Assembly: GCA_021163425.1 (NCBI GenBank)
Contig: JAGGWS010000057.1
Location: 1 to 54,763 of the forward strand
Origin: Candidatus Omnitrophota bacterium
GTDB lineage: Bacteria > Omnitrophota > Gorgyraeia > Duberdicusellales > Duberdicusellaceae
DNA: 54,763 bases
Direction of reading: 5' to 3'
Numbering within the stretch: position 1 is the first letter of the stretch; each line of letters begins with the position of its first letter. Below are positions 8,183-20,000 of this stretch, in pieces. The notes beneath the pieces were generated by a model, which saw nothing but the letters and a program-made list of their open reading frames with translations, did not search any database and had not been told where the DNA came from. The translations under genes were made by a program, and so were the position numbers.

Positions 8183-8208
8183 TTCTCAATTTCCAAATTC
8201 CTATTTCC
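8181..8208. repeat. Degenerate 4 x 7-bp tandem repeat
   Basis: AATTCTC AATTTCC AAATTCC TATTTCC immediately after argB. Confidence 0.5.
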
Positions 8209-8254
8209 CAACAAAGTCAATTTGAGTTTTAAAAGTTTTAATCCTGATTTTGTT

Positions 8255-8989
8255 ATGCGAAAAGACAGATTCTATGTTAAAGATATAGAAAAAAAGATTA
8301 TAGATGACCCTTCCTTAATTCATAAAATAAGAAATGTTTTGAGGAAAAGGAAAGGTGAACCTATTTTTTTATTCGATGGCAAGGGGTGTGAATATAAAGC
8401 TTTAATTTCTAAATTCAGGTCTCAAAGAATAGAATTAGAAAGAATAGAGCTTGTTAAAAAGCTAACTCCTATCTTTAGGCTATCTTTGGGTTTTTCTCTT
8501 CTTAAGTCTAAACGAAGTGATTTTATCTTTCAGAAAGCTACAGAGTTAGGGGTTAGTGAGTTTATTCCTTTAGTTTATGAGAATGCCGTAGTTAGAAAGT
8601 TAGCCTCAGCAAAGCTTGAGCACTTTAAAAGAATAATTGTAGAATCTGCTTCTCAATCAGGAAGACTGTTTATTCCGGAAATTAGAGAGTTGAGTGAATT
8701 CCCTGAGTTAATAAAGAAGATAAAATTCTGGGATATAATTTTAGTGGCTTTGCCTTATTCGTCTTTTTCGGTTAGAGATTTATTTAAAGCTAACCTCTTA
8801 GATAAAGGAAAAAATATCCTTCTTTTAGTAGGTCCAGAAGGAGGTTTTTCTTCTCAGGAATTAGAAGAATTAAGAGCTATAGATAGTGTATATTTTGTTA
8901 ATCTGTCTATTTTTACTTTAAGGGCTGAGACAGCTTCTATATTTTTAGTGGGGTTAGTAAGTTCTCTTTTGAATAGAGATGAAGATTAA
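8255..8989 (+). CDS. rsmE: 16S rRNA m3U1498 methyltransferase
   Basis: HKIRNVLR, QKATELGV, ESASQSGR, VGPEGGFS, LRAETA; ATG 8255 preferred over TTG 8222. Confidence 0.93.
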   Translation: MRKDRFYVKDIEKKIIDDPSLIHKIRNVLRKRKGEPIFLFDGKGCEYKALISKFRSQRIELERIELVKKLTPIFRLSLGFSLLKSKRSDFIFQKATELGVSEFIPLVYENAVVRKLASAKLEHFKRIIVESASQSGRLFIPEIRELSEFPELIKKIKFWDIILVALPYSSFSVRDLFKANLLDKGKNILLLVGPEGGFSSQELEELRAIDSVYFVNLSIFTLRAETASIFLVGLVSSLLNRDED

Positions 8990-10232
8990 GTTTATTACTT
9001 TAGGTTGTAAAGTGAATCAATATGAGACTCAAAGTTTAAGAGAGATTTTTTTAGCTAAGGGTTTTGAAGAGACTTTTGCTAAAGCTGATTTCTATTTTAT
9101 CAATACCTGTAGTGTAACTCACTCTGCTGACAGGAAATCTATAAAGTATATAAGAAAGGCAAAGAGAGAGAATCCTCAGGCTAAAATATTAGTTACTGGT
9201 TGTTTAGCTGAAAAAGACAAAGAATTAATAGAAAAAGAAAAGGTTGACTATATAGTACCTCAAAGTCAGAAATACAAAATACCTTCAATTTTAAATTTAG
9301 AAAATAAACTAAATTTAGAGAATAATCTTTCTTTAAAAATAACTGATTTTTACTTAAATAGAGCCTTTGTGAAGATTCAGGATGGCTGTGATAATTTTTG
9401 TAGTTTTTGTAAGATAAGATTAATCCGGGGAAAATCTAAGAGTAGGCCTGCAGAGGAAGTAGTTAGGGAGGTCAAGTTCTTATTAGAAAAAGGTTTTAAA
9501 GAAATAGTTCTTTGTGGAATAAATTTAGGAAGTTATAATTATCAAGGAAAAGATTTAATCTCTCTTCTTAAACTTCTTGTAAAGATTAAAAGTTTAGGAA
9601 GATTACGGTTAAGTTCTATTGAGCCTCAATATGTTAGCAAAGAGTTGCTTAATTTAATTTCTTCTACTGAGAAAATTTGCCCTCATTTACATATTCCTTT
9701 TCAGTCAGGTTCAGATAAGATATTAAAATTAATGAATAAAAAAGTTAAGAGTAGTTTTTATAGAGAGTTAGTATCTAAAATAAAAAAGATTATTCCTGAT
9801 TGTGGGATAAGTGCTGATTTCATCATAGGTTTTCCTTATGAGGAGGAAGATGATTTTAAAAAGACTATAAGGCTGATAGAAGAGATAAATCCTGTGCGTT
9901 CTCATATCTTTCCTTATTCAGAGAGAAGACAAACTCCCAGTTTCAAATTTCCCAAAATTTCTTCGAGAATAGTAAGGGAGAGAAAAGAGATTGCTATTCA
10001 AGTTGGAGAGGAGGCTTCTTTCAGATTTAGAAAAAGTCAAGAGAAAAAGAGATTTAAAGTAGTTTTGGAGGAGAACCCAAAAAAAGGTTATAGCAGAGGT
10101 TATACTGAGAACTATATAAGAGTATTATTGAAAGGAGCCTTTCCCTCAAAAGGTATTTGTTCTAAGTCTTTGATTCCCATAGTAATAGATAAAGTTACTT
10201 CTAAGATAACTTATGCTCGACTTTTAAAATAG
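8979..10232 (+). CDS. mtaB: tRNA t6A37 methylthiotransferase (radical SAM)
   Basis: TLGCKVNQYET, INTCSVT, KIQDGCDNFCSFC, RLRLSSIEP, CPHLHIPFQSGS. Confidence 0.93.
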   Translation: MKIKFITLGCKVNQYETQSLREIFLAKGFEETFAKADFYFINTCSVTHSADRKSIKYIRKAKRENPQAKILVTGCLAEKDKELIEKEKVDYIVPQSQKYKIPSILNLENKLNLENNLSLKITDFYLNRAFVKIQDGCDNFCSFCKIRLIRGKSKSRPAEEVVREVKFLLEKGFKEIVLCGINLGSYNYQGKDLISLLKLLVKIKSLGRLRLSSIEPQYVSKELLNLISSTEKICPHLHIPFQSGSDKILKLMNKKVKSSFYRELVSKIKKIIPDCGISADFIIGFPYEEEDDFKKTIRLIEEINPVRSHIFPYSERRQTPSFKFPKISSRIVRERKEIAIQVGEEASFRFRKSQEKKRFKVVLEENPKKGYSRGYTENYIRVLLKGAFPSKGICSKSLIPIVIDKVTSKITYARLLK

Positions 10233-10276
10233 GTAGTTAAGTTTATTAATTTTCTTATAAAAAAATTAGAATTTTC

Positions 10277-10304
10277 TTGACAATTTCTAAACTTTCAATA
10301 AAAT
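10277..10304 (+). promoter_or_regulatory. Putative sigma70 promoter for the tRNA-Thr/rpmG/secE operon
   Basis: TTGACA-16bp-TAAAAT, 25 bp upstream of the tRNA. Confidence 0.6.
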
Positions 10305-10329
10305 TTTAAACTACTATATAATTATTTTT

Positions 10330-10402
10330 GCCTGGATAGCTCAGTCGGTAGAGCACGTCCTTGGTAAGGACGGGGTCGTGGGTTCGATTCCCGCTCCAGG
10401 CT
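10330..10402 (+). tRNA. tRNA-Thr(GGT), CCA not encoded
   Basis: Acceptor stem GCCTGGA/TCCAGGC, D arm GCTC/GAGC, anticodon arm CGTCC-TTGGTAA-GGACG, T loop GGTTCGATTCC. Confidence 0.97.
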
Positions 10403-10530
10403 GAGAGAGCAGGGATCCGGCAACCTAAGAATAAGTTAGGAAGAAAGAGAAAGCCCACTTAATAAAGAGTGGAAAGGGTAGGTTTTAGTCCTTTTTATTT
10501 TTTAAAAGAAGAAAATTTCTCTAACTACTT

Positions 10531-10683
10531 ATGCGAGAATTAATTGGATTAGAGTGTTCAGAATGCAGAAGAAAAAACTACTACACCACTAAAAACAAAA
10601 GGAAGCATCCGGAAAAATTTCAGATAAATAAATTTTGTAGATTTTGTCGGAAATATACAAAACATAAGGAGACTAAACCTTAG
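10531..10683 (+). CDS. rpmG: 50S ribosomal protein L33, Zn-binding form (absent from the ORF track)
   Basis: MRELIGLECSECRRKNYYTTKNKRKHPEKFQINKFCRFCRKYTKHKETKP*. Confidence 0.96.
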   Translation: MRELIGLECSECRRKNYYTTKNKRKHPEKFQINKFCRFCRKYTKHKETKP

Positions 10684-10688
10684 AAATT

Positions 10689-10762
10689 AGGCGAGTAGCT
10701 CAATTGGCTAGAGCACCGGTCTCCAAAACCGGGGGTTGCAGGTTCAACTCCTGCCTCGCCTG
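10689..10762 (+). tRNA. tRNA-Trp(CCA), 3' CCA not encoded
   Basis: Acceptor stem AGGCGAG/CTCGCCT, anticodon arm CCGGT-CTCCAAA-ACCGG, T loop GGTTCAACTCC; canonical position before secE. Confidence 0.97.
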
Positions 10763-10772
10763 AAGGACTGGC

Positions 10773-10973
10773 GTGAAGATAGTTAATTTTTTTAAAAGGA
10801 TCCCTGGTTTTTTAAAAGAAGTTAAGGAAGAATTAAAGAAAGTTTCCTGGTCTTCTAAGCAAGAACTTTTGAATGCTACAGTAATAGTTTTAATAGGAAG
10901 TTTTTTCCTTACTTTATTTATATCTTTATCAGACTTACTTTTAGCAAGATTTCTTCAGTTTATAATAAAGTAA
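10773..10973 (+). CDS. secE: Preprotein translocase subunit SecE
   Basis: FLKEVKEELKKVSW plus one TM helix; synteny. Confidence 0.95.
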   Translation: MKIVNFFKRIPGFLKEVKEELKKVSWSSKQELLNATVIVLIGSFFLTLFISLSDLLLARFLQFIIK

Positions 10974-10974
10974 G

Positions 10975-11499
10975 ATGAAAAAATGGTATATAATTCATAC
11001 TCTTTCAGGAGCAGAAGAAAAAGTAAAGGCGAATTTAGAGGCAAAGATTAAAGCTAAGAATTTGCAGGATTTAATAGATGAGATTATTATCCCTAAAGAG
11101 CAGGTTTCTGAGGTAAGGAGAGGTCAAAAAAGAATTTTAGAAAGGAAGTTTTTTCCTGGCTATATATTAATCCATATGGAGATGGATGAAGCTAGTTGGT
11201 TGTTCGTTAAGAAAACTCCGGGAGTTACCTCATTTATTGGAGCTAGAAAACCCGTAGCTGTTCCTGATGAAGAAGTAGAAAAAATTTTGAAGAAGTCTGA
11301 AGAAACTCAAGTTAAACCTTTACCTAAAGTTGCTTTTGAAAAAGGAGAAACGGTTAGAGTGGTAGAGGGTCCTTTCGTAAATTTTAATGGTTTGGTAGAG
11401 GAAGTAAATCTTCAAAAGGGAAAACTCAAAGTCGCTATTTCCATATTTGGCCGTTCTACCCCGGTAGAGTTAGAATTTTGGCAGGTAGAAAAAATATAA
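10975..11499 (+). CDS. nusG: Transcription termination/antitermination factor NusG
   Basis: WYIIHTLSG, FFPGYIL, KOW motif GPFVNFNG, IFGRSTPVELEF. Confidence 0.98.
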   Translation: MKKWYIIHTLSGAEEKVKANLEAKIKAKNLQDLIDEIIIPKEQVSEVRRGQKRILERKFFPGYILIHMEMDEASWLFVKKTPGVTSFIGARKPVAVPDEEVEKILKKSEETQVKPLPKVAFEKGETVRVVEGPFVNFNGLVEEVNLQKGKLKVAISIFGRSTPVELEFWQVEKI

Positions 11500-11509
11500 G
11501 GATTGATTT

Positions 11510-11947
11510 ATGGCAGTAAAGAAGAAGAAAAAAATAAAGGCTCAGATTAAACTTCAGATACCTGCAGGTAGCGCTAACCCCGCACCACCGGTAGGTCCGG
11601 CTTTAGGTCAGCACGGAGTAAATATTATGCAATTTTGTAAAGCTTTCAATGATTTAACCAAGAATAGAGAAGGTTTAATACTTCCGGTAGTGATAAATGT
11701 TTATGAAGATAGAAGCTTTGATTTTGTTATTAAAAGTCCTCCGGCTTCTATCTTGCTTAAAAGAGCAGCTAATTTAGCTAAAGCTTCTTCAACTCCTGGT
11801 AAAGAATTTATTGGTGAAGTTTCCTGCAAACAAGTAGAGGAGATAGCTAAGCAAAAACTCCAGGATTTAAATACCAGGGATTTAGCTCAAGCTGTAAAAG
11901 TCATTGAGGGTACGGCTCGAAGTATGGGGATAAAGGTAAAAGATTAA
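11510..11947 (+). CDS. rplK: 50S ribosomal protein L11
   Basis: [29 protein letters not shown]. Confidence 0.98.
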   Translation: MAVKKKKKIKAQIKLQIPAGSANPAPPVGPALGQHGVNIMQFCKAFNDLTKNREGLILPVVINVYEDRSFDFVIKSPPASILLKRAANLAKASSTPGKEFIGEVSCKQVEEIAKQKLQDLNTRDLAQAVKVIEGTARSMGIKVKD

Positions 11948-11965
11948 AGTTTAATAAGAATAAGA

Positions 11966-12661
11966 ATGAAGAGAAGTAAACGTTATAAAGCTGGAGAAAG
12001 GCTTGTAGATAGAAATAAGGATTATTTGTGGGAAGAAGCTATAGATATTTTGAAGAGTATGCCTTCTACTAAATTTGACCAAACATTAGAGGTTAGCATA
12101 AAGTTAGGTGTAGACCCCAGAAAAAGTGAGCAAATGGTGAGAGGCTCAGTAAAACTTCCTGCAGGGTTAGGAAAGAAGAAAAAGATTCTGGTATTTTGTG
12201 AACCTGAGAAAGAAGAAGAAGCTAAACAGGCAGGAGCAGATTTTGTTGGTTCTAAAGAATTAATGGAGAAGATTTCTAAAGGCTGGCTTGATTTTGATTA
12301 TTGTATAGCTACTCCTTCTATGATGAGAGAAGTCTCTAAATTAGGGAGAATTTTAGGCCCCCGAGGGCTTATGCCTTCTCCTAAGTCGGGTACAGTAACT
12401 GATAACTTAACTTGGGCTATAAACGAGGCTAAACAGGGAAAGTTAGATTATAAGATGGATAAATTCGGCTCTTTAAATGTAGGAATAGGAAAAATATCTT
12501 TTCCTAAAGAAAAACTTTTAGAAAACTTAAGAGCTTTTTTCAGTTCTCTTATTCAGGCTAAACCTTCAAGCTGTAAAGGTAAGTTTATAAAATCAGTTAG
12601 TCTTTCTCTGAGTATGTCTAAAGGTGTAAGAGTGGGTTTGCCTAAGGAGTTTGACTTATGA
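11966..12661 (+). CDS. rplA: 50S ribosomal protein L1
   Basis: KFDQT, LGVDPRKSEQMVRG, LGPRGLMPSPKSGTV. Confidence 0.98.
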   Translation: MKRSKRYKAGERLVDRNKDYLWEEAIDILKSMPSTKFDQTLEVSIKLGVDPRKSEQMVRGSVKLPAGLGKKKKILVFCEPEKEEEAKQAGADFVGSKELMEKISKGWLDFDYCIATPSMMREVSKLGRILGPRGLMPSPKSGTVTDNLTWAINEAKQGKLDYKMDKFGSLNVGIGKISFPKEKLLENLRAFFSSLIQAKPSSCKGKFIKSVSLSLSMSKGVRVGLPKEFDL

Positions 12662-13191
12662 TTAAAGTAGGCAGATTTTATAGAGAAAAAATAATAGAAC
12701 TTCTAAAGAGGGAAGCTGAAAGTTCTGAGGCTTTTCTTTTTGTAAATTTTAAAGGTATAAATTCTAATCAATTAAATATTCTCAGAAGAGATTTAAGGGA
12801 AAAAGAAGGAAGGTTGGTGATAACAAAGAATAGTCTTTTCCAGAGGGCTTTTTCTGGTTGGAGAGAAGAGCTGGACAAAATTTTTACTTCGGAAACTGGT
12901 GTGGTTTATGTTTATTCCGATGAAGTTGGTGTTATCAAAACTTTATTTAGATTTCGCAAAGAGAACGAAAACTTAGAAATAAAAGCAGGTTTTTTGAAAG
13001 ACAAATTTATAGAAAAGAAAGATTTAGAAGAACTTTCTAAGTTACCTTCTCGCGAAGTTATTTTAGGGTTAACTCTTAATTGTATAGCTTCTCCTTTAAT
13101 AGGATTAGTTAATTCTTTACAAGGTATTATTTTAAAACTTGTTTGGGTGGTAGAAGAGATAAGGAAAAAGAAAGAGTCTGTGCAGAATTAG
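12658..13191 (+). CDS. rplJ: 50S ribosomal protein L10
   Basis: [22 protein letters not shown]; synteny. Confidence 0.93.
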   Translation: MIKVGRFYREKIIELLKREAESSEAFLFVNFKGINSNQLNILRRDLREKEGRLVITKNSLFQRAFSGWREELDKIFTSETGVVYVYSDEVGVIKTLFRFRKENENLEIKAGFLKDKFIEKKDLEELSKLPSREVILGLTLNCIASPLIGLVNSLQGIILKLVWVVEEIRKKKESVQN

Positions 13192-13234
13192 ATATTGGTC
13201 ACTTTTGAATTTATTTAAAAAAGAGGAGGTTTTT

Positions 13235-13615
13235 ATGGCTAATATTGAGGAAATTATTAAAAGTATTGAGGAGATGAGTGTGCTTGAACTTTCTCAACTG
13301 GTTAAGTCTTTAGAAGAAAAATTTGGAGTTAAAGCTCAAGCACCGGTTGTGGCTGGAGTTATGCCTCAAGCCCAGACCCAACCTCAGGCTGAAGAAGAAG
13401 AGAAGACTTCTTTTACAGTAGTGCTTAAAGAGATAGGTGCAAATAAGATACAGGTGATTAAGGAGATAAGAGCTATTACTGAATTAGGACTTAAAGAAGC
13501 CAAGGAATTGGTGGAATCTGCGCCTAAACCAGTAAAAGAGAATGTTTCTAAAGAAGAAGCCGAAGAAATTAAGAAGAAGTTAGAAGCCCAAGGAGCAAAG
13601 GTAGAAATTCAATAA
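13235..13615 (+). CDS. rplL: 50S ribosomal protein L7/L12
   Basis: [31 protein letters not shown]; ATG 13235 follows a GAGGAGGT SD. Confidence 0.98.
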   Translation: MANIEEIIKSIEEMSVLELSQLVKSLEEKFGVKAQAPVVAGVMPQAQTQPQAEEEEKTSFTVVLKEIGANKIQVIKEIRAITELGLKEAKELVESAPKPVKENVSKEEAEEIKKKLEAQGAKVEIQ

Positions 13616-13617
13616 TT

Positions 13618-16600
13618 ATGAAGACAATTAGTTTTGCCCGGATAAAAACTACGCATCCTTTACCTAATCTTCTGGAGCACCAGCTTAAATCTTATCGGGA
13701 CTTTCTTCAGGCGGATGTTTCTCCTGAAAAAAGAAGAAATATAGGGCTTCAAGAAGTTCTCAAGGAGATTTTTCCTGTAGAGAGCCCTGATGGCAAATGG
13801 CGTTTAGAATATATCTCTTATAATTTAGGTAGACCTAAATATACTATGGAAGAATGTAAGAGGCGTTCCTTAACTTATGGAGCTCCTTTGAGATTAAGAC
13901 TGAGACTGGTGGGAGAAGAAGAAGTTAGAGAGCAGGAGATTTATTTTGGAGATATCCCTTTAATTACTCCGGCAGCCTCTTTTATTATAAATGGAGATGA
14001 ACGAGTAGTAGTCGGTCAACTTCAGAGGTCTCCGGGTGTTTACTTTGAAGAAGAATTTCATCCCAGCGGAAAAAAACTTTATTTTGCCAGGATTATTCCT
14101 TATCGGGGTTCCTGGTTAGAGTTTCGCTATGATATTAATGAGACTTTAAGTGCTATTATAGACCGGCGAAGAACTTTTTTAGCTACGCAGGTATTGAGAA
14201 TGTTTGGATTATCTACTAATGAGGATATTTTTTCTTCTTTTTCTGAGAGGAGATATACTGAAATTGTGAATACTTTAAAGAGAGACCATACCAAGAATAC
14301 TGAAGAAGCTCTTTTAGAATTTTATAAAAAGCTCCGACCTACTGAACCTTTAACTTTAGAAGCTGCCCGGGAAGTTTTTAAAAGAATGTTCCAGGATAAC
14401 CGGCGTTATGATTTAGCTAAAGTGGGAAGATTTGTGCTCAACAGAAAATTAAAGATGGATTATCCCTTAAATAGACGAACCCTAGATAAGGAAACAGTAG
14501 TAAATATTGTAAAACATTTAGTAAAGATAAAAGAAGGAGAGCTTCCTTTAGATGATATTGACCACTTAAGCAACAGGAGGGTAAAGTTAGTAGGAGAATT
14601 AGTTCAGCATGAGGTGAGAGTTGGCCTTCTGAGAGTAGAGAGATTGATTATGGAAAGATTTGCTCTTTTATCTTCTATGAAGGAAATTTCCATACAACAT
14701 CTTATAAATGCTCGAGTTTTTTCTTCCCAAATCCACGACTTTTTTGCGCGTTCTCCTCTTTGTCAATTTATGGATCAGGTAAACCCTTTGGCTGAGATTA
14801 CCCACAAGAGAAGGCTTTCAGCCCTAGGTCCTGGCGGGCTTTCCCGAGAGAGAGCAGGGTTCGAAGTGAGAGATGTGCATCCTTCTCATTATGGGAGGAT
14901 ATGTCCAATAGAAACTCCTGAAGGACAGAATATAGGTTTAATTACTTCTTTAACTACTTATGCTACCATTAATCCTTTAGGATTTATTACTGCTCCTTAC
15001 CGGAAGATAGAGAAAGGTTTTCTCACTGGCAAGACAGAATACTTAACAGCTGATGAGGAAGAAGAGGAAATGATAATTCAGGCTTCTCCCAATATAGAGA
15101 AATCTAAAATTAAAGATGAGTTTATTTACGCTCGGTTTAAAGGGAAGTTTCCTAAAGTAAAGCCTACAGAGGCTCGCTATATGGATGTTTCACCTAAACA
15201 GATAGTTTCAGTGTCTGCTTCTCTTATTCCCTTTTTAGAACACGATGATGCTAACCGGGCCTTAATGGGTTCTAATATGCAAAGGCAGGCTGTGCCTTTG
15301 CTTTTCCCTGAGGCTCCTCTGGTAGCTACAGGGATGGAGATTAAAGTGGCTAAAGATAGCAGAGCTGTCCTTTTAGCTGAAGAGGAAGGGGTGGTAGAAA
15401 AGGTAGACGCTTCTTTTATAAAAATAGGTAAGTTAACTTATTATTTGAAGAAGTTTCAACGTTCTAATGCTGATACTTGTATAAATCAAAGACCTTTAGT
15501 TAAGCCGGGAGATAGAGTGAAGAAAGGAGAAGTTATTGCTGATGGTCCAGCTATCAAAGAAGGCAGGCTTTCTTTAGGAAAAAATTTATTAGTAGGGTTT
15601 TTGCCCTGGCGAGGGTATAATTTTGAAGATGCTATATTAATAAGTGAGCGTTTAGTTAAGGAGGATATTTTGACTTCAGTTCATATAGAAAGATTTGAAG
15701 TAGAAGCCAGAGAAACTCGCTTAGGCAATGAGGAGATAACCCGCGATCTTCCTAATGTTAGTGAGGAAGCTCTTAAGAATTTGGATGACCAAGGAATAGT
15801 GAGAATCGGCGCCCGAGTTTTGCCTGATGATATTTTAGTAGGCAAGGTTACTCCCAAGACTGAAAAAGAACTTACCCCTGAAGATAGGCTCCTGCGAGCT
15901 ATTTTTGGAGAAAAGGCAGCTGATGTTAGAGACACTTCTTTGAGAGTTCCTCCGGGAGTGGAGGGAGTAGTTATAAATGTCGAAGTATTTCAGCGCAAGG
16001 AAAAAGGTAGAAAGTCTAAAAAAGAGAAGACTGAAGAATTACGACGGTTAAAGGAAATAGAGGAATATTACAGTCAAGAGTTAGAAATAATTGAGCAGGA
16101 AAGGATTAAAAGAATAGCTGGATTTTTAAATATTTCTCTAAATAAGGCTAAGAGTATAGACCTTAGTGAGTATCCTGAGGCTAAGGATGTTTCGGCAATT
16201 TATGAAGAGAGGATAAACCAACTTATTCAGGAGAAAGAGTTAGAAATTTCTAAGATAAAAAGAGGAGATGAATTACCTTCAGGCGTTCTTAAGAGAGTGG
16301 TAGTCTATGTAGCAATGAAGAGGAAGATCTCTGCAGGAGATAAGCTTGCTGGAAGACACGGTAATAAAGGAGTTATTGCTAAGATTCTTCCTGAAGAAGA
16401 TATGCCCTTTTTAGAAGATGGGACTCCTTTAGATGTGGTTCTTAATCCTCTGGGTGTGCCTTCACGGATGAATGTTGGCCAGGTTTTAGAGACTCATTTA
16501 GGCTGGGCAGCTAAGTCTTTAGGGATAAGAGTGGAGGCTCCGGTATTTGAGGGAGCAAGGGAGGAAGAGATAAGAGGTTTATTGAGAAGAGCTAATTTGC

Positions 16601-17022
16601 CCGAAGATGGAAAAACTGTTGTTTATGATGGTTTTACTGGAAAACCTTTTTCCCAAAAGGTAACTGTAGGGTATATGTATATAATGAAGTTGGTGCATAT
16701 GGTAGAGGATAAGATTCATGCTCGAGCAATAGGTCCTTATTCTTTGATTACTCAACAGCCTTTGGGAGGAAAGGCTCAGTTTGGAGGTCAGAGATTTGGA
16801 GAAATGGAAGTATGGGCTTTAGAAGCCTATGGAGCAAGTTTTACTCTTCAGGAGATGCTTACAGTAAAAAGTGATGATGTTCAGGGAAGAACCCGAATTT
16901 ATGAAGCTATTGTTAAGGGAGAACACAAATTTCATCCTTCAGTTCCTGAGTCTTTTAATGTTTTAATGAAAGAGCTTCAGGGTCTGTGTATTGAAGTAAA
17001 GATAGACAAGAGGGAAAGATAA
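13618..17022 (+). CDS. rpoB: RNA polymerase beta subunit
   Basis: [52 protein letters not shown]. Confidence 0.99.
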   Translation: MKTISFARIKTTHPLPNLLEHQLKSYRDFLQADVSPEKRRNIGLQEVLKEIFPVESPDGKWRLEYISYNLGRPKYTMEECKRRSLTYGAPLRLRLRLVGEEEVREQEIYFGDIPLITPAASFIINGDERVVVGQLQRSPGVYFEEEFHPSGKKLYFARIIPYRGSWLEFRYDINETLSAIIDRRRTFLATQVLRMFGLSTNEDIFSSFSERRYTEIVNTLKRDHTKNTEEALLEFYKKLRPTEPLTLEAAREVFKRMFQDNRRYDLAKVGRFVLNRKLKMDYPLNRRTLDKETVVNIVKHLVKIKEGELPLDDIDHLSNRRVKLVGELVQHEVRVGLLRVERLIMERFALLSSMKEISIQHLINARVFSSQIHDFFARSPLCQFMDQVNPLAEITHKRRLSALGPGGLSRERAGFEVRDVHPSHYGRICPIETPEGQNIGLITSLTTYATINPLGFITAPYRKIEKGFLTGKTEYLTADEEEEEMIIQASPNIEKSKIKDEFIYARFKGKFPKVKPTEARYMDVSPKQIVSVSASLIPFLEHDDANRALMGSNMQRQAVPLLFPEAPLVATGMEIKVAKDSRAVLLAEEEGVVEKVDASFIKIGKLTYYLKKFQRSNADTCINQRPLVKPGDRVKKGEVIADGPAIKEGRLSLGKNLLVGFLPWRGYNFEDAILISERLVKEDILTSVHIERFEVEARETRLGNEEITRDLPNVSEEALKNLDDQGIVRIGARVLPDDILVGKVTPKTEKELTPEDRLLRAIFGEKAADVRDTSLRVPPGVEGVVINVEVFQRKEKGRKSKKEKTEELRRLKEIEEYYSQELEIIEQERIKRIAGFLNISLNKAKSIDLSEYPEAKDVSAIYEERINQLIQEKELEISKIKRGDELPSGVLKRVVVYVAMKRKISAGDKLAGRHGNKGVIAKILPEEDMPFLEDGTPLDVVLNPLGVPSRMNVGQVLETHLGWAAKSLGIRVEAPVFEGAREEEIRGLLRRANLPEDGKTVVYDGFTGKPFSQKVTVGYMYIMKLVHMVEDKIHARAIGPYSLITQQPLGGKAQFGGQRFGEMEVWALEAYGASFTLQEMLTVKSDDVQGRTRIYEAIVKGEHKFHPSVPESFNVLMKELQGLCIEVKIDKRER

Positions 17023-17023
17023 A

Positions 17024-20000
17024 ATGGAAGTATTAGGTTTTGATAGAATAACTCTAAGAATAGCTTCACCTCAAGTGATTCGTTCCTGGTCATCGGGAGA
17101 AGTTAAAAAGGCTGAGACTTTGAATTATCGGACACTGAGACCGGAAAAAGATGGTTTGTTCTGCGAGAGGATATTTGGTCCGGTAAAAGATTGGGAATGT
17201 AATTGTGGAAAATTTAAGGGGATAAAGTTTAAGGGTATGAAATGTGATCGCTGTGGAGTAGAGATTACTCATTCTTCAGTAAGAAGAAGAAGAATGGGGC
17301 ATATTGAATTGGCTTCTCCTTGTACTCATATCTGGTTTTTCAAGGTTATACCTTCGCGGTTAGCTACTCTTTTAGATATGAACTTGAGGGACTTAGAAAA
17401 GGTTATTTATTATGAACAGTATATAGTGATTGACCCACAGGATACTCCTTTACGTAAAAAACAACTTCTTTCAGAAGAAGAGCTTTACCGGCTTAAAAAA
17501 GAATACAGAGAAAATTTTAAAGTAGATATAGGTGGCTCAGCCATTCGAGAACTTCTTAAAGAGCTGGATTTGAATAAAATTTGCAAAAAATTAAGAAAGG
17601 AGTATGAGGAGAACAAAAATCAGGTTTCAGGAAAGAAGATTCTCAAACGCCTCAAGATTATAGAAGATTTCCGGCGTTCAGGAAATAAACCCGAGTGGAT
17701 GGTTTTAGAGGTAATTCCGGTAATTCCTCCAGATTTAAGGCCTCTGGTGCCTTTAGAAGGAGGGAGATTTGCTTCTTCAGATTTAAATGACCTTTACCGT
17801 CGAGTTATCAATAGAAACAACCGTCTTAAGAAACTCATAAAATTGGGAGCTCCTGATGTTATTATTCGTAATGAAAAGAGAATGCTTCAGGAAGCTGTAG
17901 ATGCTTTATTTGAGAATGGAAGACACGGTAGAGCAGTCTTAGGTTCCAACAATAGACCCTTAAAGAGTCTTTCTGATATGTTGAAAGGCAAACAAGGTCG
18001 ATTTCGCCAGAATCTTTTAGGTAAGAGGGTTGATTATTCAGGAAGGAGTGTAATAGTAGTAGGACCAGAACTTAAGTTCTATGAATGTGGACTTCCTAAA
18101 CAGATTGCTCTGGAATTATTTGAGCCCTTTATTATTAAAAAATTAAAAGAAAAAGGTTTTGTCCATACCATAAAAGGTGCCCGGAGGATGGTGGAAAGAG
18201 CCCGGGTAGAAGTCTGGGATATATTAGAAGATGTAATAAAAGAGCATCCGGTCCTTTTAAATAGAGCTCCTACTCTGCATAGACTTTCTATCCAGGCTTT
18301 CTATCCTAAGTTAGTTGAGGGAAAAGCTATTAAGTTGCATCCTCTGGTTTGTCCTCCCTTTAATGCTGATTTTGATGGAGACCAGATGGCAGTCCACTTA
18401 CCTCTTTCTTTAGAAGCTCAGGCCGAAGCAAAAGTTATTATGCTTTCAGCAAATAATATCTTTTCTCCTGCTGATGGCCGTCCGATAGTAGCTCCTACTC
18501 AGGATATTATTTTAGGTTTGCGCTATCTTACTTTAATAAAAAAGGATGCTAAAGGAGAGGGGATAACTTTTCCTGATTTAGATTCAGTTATTACTGCCCA
18601 TCAGGATGAAGAAGTAGAACTTCAGGCTAAAATTAAAGTAAGAATTAGAGAAGGTGAGGCTTCTAAGATAATTGAGACTACTCCCGGAAGGGTTATCTTT
18701 AATCAGGTTTTGCCGGAAAACTTTGGTTTTGTTAATGAGGTATTAAATAAGAAGAAAGTTACGGAGCTAATAAAAGATTGTTATAAGAGATTTGGCCATC
18801 ACCGTACTATCCAGCTTTTAGACAATTTAAAAGATTTAGGATTTGAATATGCTACTTTAGGAGGTATAAGTATTTCAGTAGACGATTTAAAGGTCCCTCC
18901 TCAAAAGCAAGATTGTTTAGAAGAAGCCTTAAAAGAGGTTTCCAAAGTAGAGAATCAATATAATCGGGGCATAATTACTGAGAGAGAAAGGCATAACAAA
19001 ATTATTGATATTTGGACCAGAACTACTGATAGGGTTTCAGATTTTGTATTCAGAAATTTAGATGATTTTAATCCCGTCTTTATGATGGCTGATTCCGGAG
19101 CCCGGGGTTCAAAGCTTCAAATAAGACAACTTGCCGGTATGCGGGGGCTTATGGCTAAGCCTTCGGGAGAGATAATCGAAACCCCTATTATCTCTAACTT
19201 TAGAGAAGGATTGTCGGTTTTAGAATACTTTATTTCTACTCATGGGGCAAGAAAGGGATTAGCCGACACTGCCTTAAAAACAGCTGATGCCGGTTATTTA
19301 ACTCGGAGATTAGTAGATGTAGCTCAAGAGGTAATCGTAGTAGAAGAAGACTGTGGCACGGTAAATGGTATAACTCTTTCGGCGATTGTAGAAGGAGATG
19401 AAGTAGTAGTTTCTTTAAAAGAGAGGATTGTAGGGAGAGTAGCTTTAGATAACATAGTGGATATTGTTACTGATGAAGTAATAGTGAAAGCAGGAGAAGA
19501 GATTACTGAAGAAAAGGCTGAGAAGATTGAAGAGTTAGGCATTGAGAAGATAAAAATTAGAAGTGTGCTTACCTGTGAGTCAGAAAGAGGGGTTTGTCAG
19601 AAATGTTATGGAAGAAATTTAGCTACAGGAAGAATGGTAGAATTAGGAGAAGCAGTAGGAATAATTGCTGCTCAGTCTATTGGTGAACCGGGCACTCAGC
19701 TTACGATGAGAACTTTTCATATTGGAGGAACTGCTTCCCGGGTAGCTGAGCGCTCTTTTATTAAAGCTAAAGAAACTGGTCGAATAAAATATCACAATTT
19801 AAAATTAGCCGAAAAGAAAGAAGGGTTTGTAGTCTTGAATAGGAATGGTTTAATAGCTATCTGTGATGAACAGGGTAGAGAAATCCAGAAGAACCCTATC
19901 CCTCAAGGTTCTTTAATTCTTTATCCTGAGGGAGAAATAGTAGGAAAAGATAAGATATTTGTGCGCTGGGATCCTTATTCTATACCTATACTCAGTGAAG

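Noticed and set aside
14750-14840. Intrinsic rifampicin resistance in RpoB
   Set aside because: The key Q, D, H, R and S residues of cluster I are retained; only minor substitutions are present
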